Shown here piece after piece: positions 47,251 to 54,466 of a stretch of 54,466 nucleotides of DNA. Made by a program: the position numbers and the translations under genes. Under the pieces are notes generated by a model. It saw nothing but the letters and a program-made list of their open reading frames with translations. It was not told the origin of the DNA and searched no databases. Each line of letters begins with the position of its first letter. The first letter of the stretch is position 1. Origin of the DNA: an uncultured Desulfohalobiaceae bacterium (GTDB lineage Bacteria; Desulfobacterota; Desulfovibrionia; Desulfovibrionales; Desulfothermaceae); the NCBI GenBank assembly GCA_964621385.1, contig CAZUMF010000001.1:1-54466 (forward strand), read 5' to 3'.

Positions 47251-47892
47251 TTATTTACTGATCAATTCCGTAATGAGTTCCACTCCGGCGGCGGCGTTTT
47301 CTCCCCAGCCATCCCCGCCGATCATGTCCACCCAGTCCTGAGTTGTCGGGGCCCCGCCAAAGACGCACTTGAATCTGTCCCGCAGACCGCGTTCCTTCAG
47401 GGCATCGATGATGTCCCTCTGTCCCGGCATGGTCGTCGTCATCAGGGCCGATCCTGTGATACAATCCACATCGTTGTCCACGGCCGCATCGATCACTTGA
47501 TCCGCAGGCACATCCCGCCCCAGATCGATGGCATCGTATCCATTGGCCTGCAGGAGAATGGTGAAAATACCCTTGCCGATATCGTGGATATCACCCTCCA
47601 CCGTATGGACCACGACCTTGCCTTTGGCTGAATATCCACCCTTGATTTGCGCCGCCAGGACATCCACCGCCGCTGTGAAGGCTTCGGCCGACAGGACAAT
47701 CTGCGGCACATAGATCTCGGCCCGGTCGAATCGGTCGCTGATTTCCTTCATGGCCGCGGAAAGTCCGTTTTCTATGCACTCAAGGGGATCAAGTCCTTGG
47801 GCCAGTGCCTCGTTCGCCGCCGCAACGGCTGCATCTGTGTCCATATCCAAGACACAACTCTTCAAACGCTCGAACATTTCTTGTGAACTCAT
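47251..47892 (-). CDS. mtmC: corrinoid protein (MtmC-like by position)
   Basis: 213-aa ORF with a cap domain and a B12-binding domain carrying GDIHDIGKGI. It lies 10 nt upstream of mtmB. The symbol is assigned from adjacency only. Confidence 0.85.
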   Translation of the reverse strand: MSSQEMFERLKSCVLDMDTDAAVAAANEALAQGLDPLECIENGLSAAMKEISDRFDRAEIYVPQIVLSAEAFTAAVDVLAAQIKGGYSAKGKVVVHTVEGDIHDIGKGIFTILLQANGYDAIDLGRDVPADQVIDAAVDNDVDCITGSALMTTTMPGQRDIIDALKERGLRDRFKCVFGGAPTTQDWVDMIGGDGWGENAAAGVELITELISK

Positions 47893-47947
47893 TTCCCTCT
47901 CACCTCCTTATAGAATTCGAGATGTTGTTGAAACAAATACTTCCATT

Positions 47948-48655
47948 TCAAGCACCCAGGTACGCTTTCTTGACCTCCTCATTTTCTCTCAAGTCCTTGG
48001 CTTCACCTTCCAAGACAATGCTGCCAGTCTCAAAAACATAGCCTTTCTCAGCCAAAGCCAAAGCGAGACGGGCATTTTGCTCCACCAGGACAATGGTCCT
48101 GCCCTCTGCATGGATGCTTCTGATGATTTTCGCTATTTCAAAGCACAAAAGTGGCGACAATCCCAGTGATGGTTCATCCAGGATAAGTAATTTCGGGTTG
48201 GACATCAGAGCCCGACCCATGGCCAGCATCTGCTGCTCGCCACCGCTCATGGTCCCGGCTGGTTGCTTCGTTCGATCTTTCAAGACCGGAAAATGATGAA
48301 AGACATTCTCGTAGTCACGGCTCAAGTTCTGAGCCCCTTTTCGCAGGAAGGCGCCCATCTCCAAATTTTCCATGACGGTCATCTCAGGAAACACCCTTCT
48401 GTTTTCAGGAACTTGAGCGATACCAATCTTGTTGATTTTTTCAGGCGGATGTTTGTCGATCCTCGTGCCTTCAAACCAGATTTCCCCTGAAGAGGGGTGA
48501 TTCAGTCCTGAAATGGCCCGTAAAGTTGTAGATTTTCCTGCGCCGTTGGAACCGATAAGTGTGACGATCTGTCCTTCTTCAACGTCGATGGTGATGTTTC
48601 CAATCGCCTGTACTTTCTGATAACAGACTGTAATCTCTTTCAGTTGGAGCATCAT
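47948..48655 (-). CDS. livF: ABC transporter ATP-binding protein (LivF-like, second system)
   Basis: 235-aa ORF with GSNGAGKSTT, MSGGEQQMLAMGRAL and LLILDEPS. Confidence 0.9.
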   Translation of the reverse strand: MMLQLKEITVCYQKVQAIGNITIDVEEGQIVTLIGSNGAGKSTTLRAISGLNHPSSGEIWFEGTRIDKHPPEKINKIGIAQVPENRRVFPEMTVMENLEMGAFLRKGAQNLSRDYENVFHHFPVLKDRTKQPAGTMSGGEQQMLAMGRALMSNPKLLILDEPSLGLSPLLCFEIAKIIRSIHAEGRTIVLVEQNARLALALAEKGYVFETGSIVLEGEAKDLRENEEVKKAYLGA

Positions 48656-48739
48656 GGCGGTGTCCTTATTCTTGATGGTTCAAATCCAACCTTCAGCGCA
48701 GAAGCAAGCAGGAAGCATTGCAGCAATGAGGATCGTGCA

Positions 48740-49561
48740 TCACCTCGCCTGTTCGCCGATGAAGCCTTCTTCCCCGCTCAACAAAGCCACAACCTCTTCC
48801 CCGCCCAAGTAAGCTTCAATCACCTCAGGATTATTTTGAACCGCCTCAGGCACCCCTTCAGCCAGTTTTTTGCCAAAGCTCAGCACGCTGACGTTATCAC
48901 AAAGCCCCATAACCACTTTCATATCATGTTCCACCAACAAGATCGTGACCTGCCATTCATCCCGCACCCGATTGATCAGATCCGTCATGTGTCTGGTCTC
49001 AATTGGATTCATTCCTGCTGTTGGCTCATCAATCATGAGCAGTTTTGGTTTCGTAGCCAGAGCAACGGCCAGACCCAAGGATCTTTGATGCCCGTGTGGA
49101 AGGTTAATCGAAAGTTCGTCCTTGTATTGATTCAGTCCCAGGAGGTCGATGATTTGATGGACACTCTCCTCTTCGTCTTTTCTGTGCCACTGGTCTATTC
49201 CAAAGAGTATCTGAAGAAAATTTTTGTCAACATGAAGATGCTGGGCCAGTTGAATATTTTTAAAGACAGAGAACTCTTGAAACAGAGCATTTCTCTGAAA
49301 CGTCCTGATAACCCGTTTTTTGGCAATCTTGCTTGTCGAAAGACCCGATATGAGCTCGTCTTGAAACCTTATTTCCCCGCTTGTCGGGGCGTAAAAACCG
49401 CTGATGAGATTGAACAGCGTTGTCTTTCCAGAACCATTCGGGCCGATGATGCCCCGAATTTCACCTTCGTCGATTTCCAGATCCAGATCCTTGATAGCGG
49501 CGAGTCCTCCGAAATACTTCGTCAGGGATTTGACGGCAAAGAAATTCATTTTCCTCTCCAT
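48740..49561 (-). CDS. livG: ABC transporter ATP-binding protein (LivG-like, second system)
   Basis: GPNGSGKTT, TKYFGGLAAIKDLD and LLMIDEPTAGMNPIE. The start is taken at MERKMNFF (49561; an alternative is 49549). The track start at 49651 overlaps the usp gene. Confidence 0.85.
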   Translation of the reverse strand: MERKMNFFAVKSLTKYFGGLAAIKDLDLEIDEGEIRGIIGPNGSGKTTLFNLISGFYAPTSGEIRFQDELISGLSTSKIAKKRVIRTFQRNALFQEFSVFKNIQLAQHLHVDKNFLQILFGIDQWHRKDEEESVHQIIDLLGLNQYKDELSINLPHGHQRSLGLAVALATKPKLLMIDEPTAGMNPIETRHMTDLINRVRDEWQVTILLVEHDMKVVMGLCDNVSVLSFGKKLAEGVPEAVQNNPEVIEAYLGGEEVVALLSGEEGFIGEQAR

Positions 49562-49575
49562 TGTAACTGTAAGAA

Positions 49576-50025
49576 CTAAACGTCCATGGAAGTACTTCCT
49601 AAAAAGACATCTGGGGCCTCTTCTGCCGCCTTGACAGCAAGGACCGGGCACTGGGCTTGGAGAATCACATCCTGGGCCAAGGAGCCAAGCAGCAATTTGC
49701 CAAGCTTCGATTTTTTCTCAATACCAACGATGATCTCGTCAATATCCTTTTCTCGGGCGAAGAGGACAATATCCTCCCCTGGCGGGTATCCCCTGATGAG
49801 CAAGTGGGAAGAACAGGGAATGCCCTCCTCTTCAAACTCTTGGACCACTTCAGACAGGGCCTTCTCCGCATCTTCCTTGGATGGCACATCCTTCTCGCTG
49901 ATCGTCGTATCGGCCGAGGTCGCAACCAGCACCTCCGCCTTGAAAGCCCTGGCGTGGACCCTGGCCAGTTCGAGGGCTTTCCTGGATGACTTGGAGCGGT
50001 GGTTGAAAGCCACAAGAATCTTCAT
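49576..50025 (-). CDS. universal stress protein (UspA family)
   Basis: 149-aa ORF with a USP pattern (MKILVAFNHRSKSS...IIVGIEKKSKLGKLLLGSLAQDVILQAQCPVLAV). Ends in TAG. Confidence 0.8.
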   Translation of the reverse strand: MKILVAFNHRSKSSRKALELARVHARAFKAEVLVATSADTTISEKDVPSKEDAEKALSEVVQEFEEEGIPCSSHLLIRGYPPGEDIVLFAREKDIDEIIVGIEKKSKLGKLLLGSLAQDVILQAQCPVLAVKAAEEAPDVFLGSTSMDV

Positions 50026-50057
50026 ACTTGTGTCCCTTGCTGTTATGGCTTATGATT

Positions 50058-51026
50058 TTATTCAGAGCCTGCCGGTTTCAAGAGGGTTCTGACATTTTTC
50101 CTGAATTTTAGGATCAGGCTCTCCAACCCACCTGGCATGAAGATCAAAGTCAGGATTAATATGACGCCAAAGAGCAAAGGACGCCATTCCTGCAGGGGCC
50201 TGGAGACCTCAAAGACAACCGTCATGACGGTGACCCCCAGAATCGGACCCCAAAAGGTGGCCGATCCCCCGACCACCACCCAGATGATGAGATAGACCAT
50301 GGTGTTGACCTCGAAATTATGGGGATCTATAGCTTGAAGCCTGTGCGCTAGCAAGGAGCCGGCTATTCCGGCAAAGAAAGCTCCGATGACCACGGCGTAA
50401 ATCCTGTAATTGGTTACGTTGATGCCGATGCTTTTGGCCAGATCTTCATCATCATGGATGCCTTTGAAGGCGTCGCCTATGCGCGACCGGTCGACTCGAA
50501 ACATGACATACAGGCAGATCAAGGTCACACACAGTGTTAAAAAGTAGTAGGGCATGGCAAAAAAGAAATCTATCTCGTACATCTCGGGCAGAGGAATTCC
50601 GATCATCCCCCTGGCCCCACCAAAAGGGTACCGGACCTTGACCCAGGTAAGACGCAAAAACTCACCGATGGCAAAGGAGCCGATCAAAAAGCCGAAGACT
50701 TTTGTCCGATGCAGTGGAATCATGAAAACAAACCCGACCACTCCTGCTGTGATACCGGAAACAGGCAGGCATAACCAAAAAGGCCAGCCCAGGAATTTGG
50801 CCGCTAAGGCGCTGGCATAGGCGCCTGATCCCATAAAGACGACATGGAAGAGTGACCAGTCCCCGGTTGTGGCCACCAGGCGGTAGCTGACCACCAGAAT
50901 GACATTGATCAAATAAAGGATGACGATTTCCAAATGATATTCATGGATGAGAAAGGGCAGTACACCCAGCAAAGCCAGTAAAACGAACACCCCAGTCCCA
51001 TTGAAGAATGAATCTCTTTTAAGCAC
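50058..51026 (-). CDS. livM: ABC transporter permease (LivM-like, second system)
   Basis: 322-aa polytopic membrane ORF. Overlaps the upstream livH-like gene by 8 nt. Confidence 0.85.
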   Translation of the reverse strand: MLKRDSFFNGTGVFVLLALLGVLPFLIHEYHLEIVILYLINVILVVSYRLVATTGDWSLFHVVFMGSGAYASALAAKFLGWPFWLCLPVSGITAGVVGFVFMIPLHRTKVFGFLIGSFAIGEFLRLTWVKVRYPFGGARGMIGIPLPEMYEIDFFFAMPYYFLTLCVTLICLYVMFRVDRSRIGDAFKGIHDDEDLAKSIGINVTNYRIYAVVIGAFFAGIAGSLLAHRLQAIDPHNFEVNTMVYLIIWVVVGGSATFWGPILGVTVMTVVFEVSRPLQEWRPLLFGVILILTLIFMPGGLESLILKFRKNVRTLLKPAGSE

Positions 51027-51882
51027 GGCCCATCAGCCCCTTTGGTTTAAGGACTAAGACGATGACCATGACCCCGACCCCGGCCATGGTGCCAATGACG
51101 GCATCAAAAAAGGTGGTCGCAAATGTGTGAATAAAACCGAGAATAACGGCAGCCAGCATCGCCCCTTCAATACTCTCCATCCCCCCGACAATGACCACAA
51201 TAAAGGCTGTGATGATCACTGAATGCCCCATGTAGGGAGTCACGGCATGAATCGGAGACATGAGAGCCCCGGCCACACCGGCGAAACCACCGGCTATGGC
51301 CATGGCCAGGATGGTCATCTTGTCGATGCTGATTCCCTGCAAAGAGGCGGCTTCCGGGTCCTGGGCGCAGGCCCGCAGGGCCTTCCCCAATCTGGCTTTT
51401 CGAAGGAAGATCCAGAGGGCAGCGACCATGGCGAACGCACCCGGAATGACCAGGATTCTTTGCAAACCGATCTTCGCTCCCATGATGTTGGCTGTTTCCA
51501 TGAACGGCGTGGGGATGTACCGCATCAACCCCACGCCCCAGATCTGTCCCACGAGGACTTGCAAAACCAGGGTCAATCCGGCTGTGGCCATAAATCCGGC
51601 CAGGACGTTTCCCCGGGTGGGTTTGAAAATCGTCCGCTCAGTGACGACTCCCAGGGTCCCGACAATAAAAAAGGCTGCAATCACAGCCACTGGAAAGGGC
51701 AAGCCGCCTAAGGCATACAAGACATAGACCACATAGGCTCCCACCATGAAAAACTCACCGTGCGCGAAATTGGCCATCTGCATCACACCGAAGCCCAGGG
51801 CGAGTCCAACGGCGACAGACGCATCAATCCCGCTGGCCACGATGGAATTGGCTATGGTTTGGACAAGTGTCGCAGTATTCAT
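51019..51882 (-). CDS. livH: ABC transporter permease (LivH-like, second system)
   Basis: 287-aa polytopic membrane ORF with MQMANFAHGEFFMVGAY. Confidence 0.85.
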   Translation of the reverse strand: MNTATLVQTIANSIVASGIDASVAVGLALGFGVMQMANFAHGEFFMVGAYVVYVLYALGGLPFPVAVIAAFFIVGTLGVVTERTIFKPTRGNVLAGFMATAGLTLVLQVLVGQIWGVGLMRYIPTPFMETANIMGAKIGLQRILVIPGAFAMVAALWIFLRKARLGKALRACAQDPEAASLQGISIDKMTILAMAIAGGFAGVAGALMSPIHAVTPYMGHSVIITAFIVVIVGGMESIEGAMLAAVILGFIHTFATTFFDAVIGTMAGVGVMVIVLVLKPKGLMGRA

Positions 51883-51952
51883 CCGGTTGACTCCTTTGGC
51901 TGAACAAGCACTAGGGGGGCAACATCACTCGCCCCCCTGGACCGCATGGATT

Positions 51953-53251
51953 CTATCTTTGATCCCAGTACTGCTTTTTGTCCCTGACCACCTTGATGAT
52001 CTCATCCTTTCTTGCTGCAAACCAATCTTCGAAGCGGACCTGGGCCTGAATCCGTTTTGTGCCCTCTACGACTTGATTGATAGGTATTGGGGGTGATACC
52101 ATGTTGTCGATTCCCCACATCTCCTTCCCGGTCATAACCGCAGGTCCGAGAATGGTGGGGAATGATTTTTGGGATCGAAGTGCTTCAAGGATTTCATCGG
52201 GATCAAAGCTTCCCGCGAGCTGTGCCCCGTAGGCCCAGACCTTCAACATGATGACGTGGTCCCAATCAATCCCGGTAATGTGCCTGTGCACATCATCCGG
52301 AGCCCCGGGCCCGTAACGTTTTAGCCATCTTTTGATGAAATTATGTTGGAAGGATGGCTCGCCCCACCAGGGATCATCAAAGAGAGGGAAGCTATCCGTG
52401 GCCCCTTCCAGGTACTCCTCGGGAACCTTCTGGAGAACAGCCTCCACGTCACAGTAGTTCATTGAGATGATACCCTGATAGTCCTGCTGATAGAGCTGGG
52501 CAATAATCTGGGCCACAAAGGTTGGATAGCTCAGATTCAGACTGACCACATCCGGATTTTTGCTCAATATTGAGGTCACGACCGGAGCAAAGTCAGTGGT
52601 CTCAATGGCGAAATGCTTATCGTACACGACATCCCAGCCCATGGACTTGGCTGCTCCCACTTCCCAGGCCTGGCAGGTCTGCCCGATCGTATCGTCCTGC
52701 GAGGTCACCGCCCACCGTTTCAAATCCGGGTTTTCGAACTTGTGGAACCATGGACGCAGCATATCGATCCTGGGAGTGACGTCACCCCCGGCTATGCAGT
52801 ACGGCCTGTCCGGCTTGATATCTGTAGCAATAAGACTGGCGTAGATCACCTTTCGCTTGGTCAGGAAAGGATGCACCGCATCAGCAGGGTTCCCGCCGAT
52901 GGCGTTGATGAACTTGACGTTGTGGCGCATCACCAGCTGCCTCGCCCCTTGGAGGGCCTTACTGGCCACAGCTTCATCGTCAAAGGTGTGCAGCTCCAGA
53001 GGATAGCGCACCCCGTCCACAAGAAGTCCGCCCTCTGCATTCACCTTGTCGATGTACATCTCGACCCCGGTCAGTCCAGGGAGACCCCATCCCGCATCAG
53101 GACCGGACAATGCGGCCAAAAACCCGACGTGTACCGTCTCTCCCTGTTTCTCAGTTGCGAAAAGCGGTGAATGCAAAATGAAAAAACAAAGAACTGTCAG
53201 TATCAGGATGGCCCTTGGCGTTGAGCCATGCTTCCGAAAATTCTTTTCCAT
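51953..53251 (-). CDS. Liv/AmiC-type periplasmic substrate-binding protein (second system, Sec-type signal)
   Basis: The start is taken at MEKNFRKHG (53251), preceded by gggaggg-N8. Signal peptide AILILTVLCFFILHSPLFA. VHVGFLAALSGPDAGWG is typical of the type-I binding fold. Ends in TAG. Confidence 0.85.
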   Translation of the reverse strand: MEKNFRKHGSTPRAILILTVLCFFILHSPLFATEKQGETVHVGFLAALSGPDAGWGLPGLTGVEMYIDKVNAEGGLLVDGVRYPLELHTFDDEAVASKALQGARQLVMRHNVKFINAIGGNPADAVHPFLTKRKVIYASLIATDIKPDRPYCIAGGDVTPRIDMLRPWFHKFENPDLKRWAVTSQDDTIGQTCQAWEVGAAKSMGWDVVYDKHFAIETTDFAPVVTSILSKNPDVVSLNLSYPTFVAQIIAQLYQQDYQGIISMNYCDVEAVLQKVPEEYLEGATDSFPLFDDPWWGEPSFQHNFIKRWLKRYGPGAPDDVHRHITGIDWDHVIMLKVWAYGAQLAGSFDPDEILEALRSQKSFPTILGPAVMTGKEMWGIDNMVSPPIPINQVVEGTKRIQAQVRFEDWFAARKDEIIKVVRDKKQYWDQR

Positions 53252-53891
53252 GCTCGTATCCCTCCCTTTTGAAAATATTCCAGAAACAAGTCTGGAGCAA
53301 AAATCAGCCTGAGAAGAGTGCCATGTGTTACGATTTCCGAGCAAAAATTCTTCATCATGTCTTTAGAGTTGTTGTCAGATTCCGATTCTTTTCCTGAATG
53401 ACTCAGAGCCACTTCCCACCCAGAGGTTCATCACCGATTCCAACCTCCCGGGCCTCATTCTGTTTTTTTATTGTCGCCCTCCTTGTGTTTACCATGTCAT
53501 ATTCCTTCAAAGACAAGAGGTTGCTCGATGCTAAATAAAGTTTATAGTTACAAATACATTTCTTTTTTTAAAATGATATCATCATCGGGTCTATTTTTTT
53601 CGCATTTCAGGTCTATTTTGACCACTCTCGAAAACTCGCATGGGTTTGCTCTGCAGGAAGGGATGCATCATTGAACGGATTCTCCCTTTAGACCCGACAC
53701 TGTTTATTTTGTATTAACAGCCGTCATTCAGATAGAAGGGTTGAAAAAAATCAGGAGGCGTGGAGGTAGAGAATGAGGGATTCCCTGAACAAGCTAGCCT
53801 TCCATGGCCTGGACCTGAGCAGACTGGCCGTGGAAAACCTTCTCAAAAGATCAGGCAGGCCATTCACTTCTTGATCTGGCGGTTTTTCTTT

Positions 53892-54466
53892 TCATTGAGA
53901 ATGAGGAACGTTTCTCAGGGCGGTCACTACCCCATGGCACCTGCAGGCCGTGCTGAGCAGCATGTTCCCTTGGGAATGGAGGACTGACGACAACAGCTGC
54001 AGCAATTGGTCTGATCTGTAACCCCCTACTCCTGGGGCCAATTGTTGGCTGCGAAGCACCAGGGATTCGAATGACGGCAAACGAATCTGAGCCAGGTACG
54101 CAAACATGCTCTGTTTCCGTTTGCATCCACTCACTGTACAGTACCCTCGTGGTTCGGGACAATCTTCAGGACACAGAAAATCTGCATAACTCACGAAAAG
54201 GTCCCCTCTGGAGCCCTGCATCGGATGAGGCACACGATATTCCAATCCAGCAGGTATGGGAATTCGAAATAAAGACTTCGTATCGCTCGAGGCCAAACAC
54301 CATTCAGCCGCAAAGTGGATCGGCAGAGCAGGGACAATCCAATCCGGTGCCCTGCCTGCTTTCATTTCCTCTCTGAGGATTTGAACCCCGTCTGCTTGCC
54401 TTTTGATTCTCTGAGGGGCTGAAACCCGATCAAGTTTCTTGGGGACAGGTTCGATCAACAGAAAGT
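53892..54466 (-). CDS. Cys-rich hypothetical protein, N-terminus beyond the window edge
   Basis: The frame stays open to the window end. It contains IVPALPIHFAAEW and a CPEDCPEPRGYCTVSGCKR motif. I cannot confidently name the family. Confidence 0.4.
   Translation of the reverse strand, partial: FLLIEPVPKKLDRVSAPQRIKRQADGVQILREEMKAGRAPDWIVPALPIHFAAEWCLASSDTKSLFRIPIPAGLEYRVPHPMQGSRGDLFVSYADFLCPEDCPEPRGYCTVSGCKRKQSMFAYLAQIRLPSFESLVLRSQQLAPGVGGYRSDQLLQLLSSVLHSQGNMLLSTACRCHGVVTALRNVPHSQ

Overview
This window looks like a bacterial methylamine-utilisation and corrinoid island. The bacterial signals are a stand-alone pylSn, a NarL-type two-component system, and Liv- and Pot-type ABC transporters. 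The main hidden signal is that five adjacent ORF pairs in the track are really single genes, each interrupted only by one in-frame TAG. They are two mttB (trimethylamine), two mtbB (dimethylamine) and one mtmB (monomethylamine) corrinoid methyltransferases, which points to pyrrolysine (UAG) recoding. Around them are four full corrinoid-protein genes, one cap-domain-only fragment and a RamA-type reductive activase. A second, 1146-aa activase carries a clean insertion of a GltD-like NAD(P)H/FAD/Fe-S module. Also present are three UroD-family MT2-like methyltransferases, an MtrH-like methyltransferase, a non-Pyl MttB paralogue, cobO, a CobW-like GTPase, a MoxR/VWA pair and two DUF2284 proteins. 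cbiL sits behind a cobalamin riboswitch with an intrinsic terminator. The pyl genes are scattered. pylB is intact but alone, and pylSn is intact. The pylD upstream of pylSn looks degraded: it has an in-frame TAG, a frameshift and no visible Rossmann loop. I found no pylC, pylSc or tRNA-Pyl in the window. Two Liv-type ABC transporter operons are embedded among the methyltransferase genes. A block that looks GC-rich (about 17.5-26.6 kb) carries a Pot-type ABC transporter, an FAD oxidoreductase, an aminotransferase gene remnant and Pyl-type genes. TAG also terminates 7 ordinary genes here, so it is not depleted as a stop codon. I found no rRNA, tRNA, CRISPR array or transposase.
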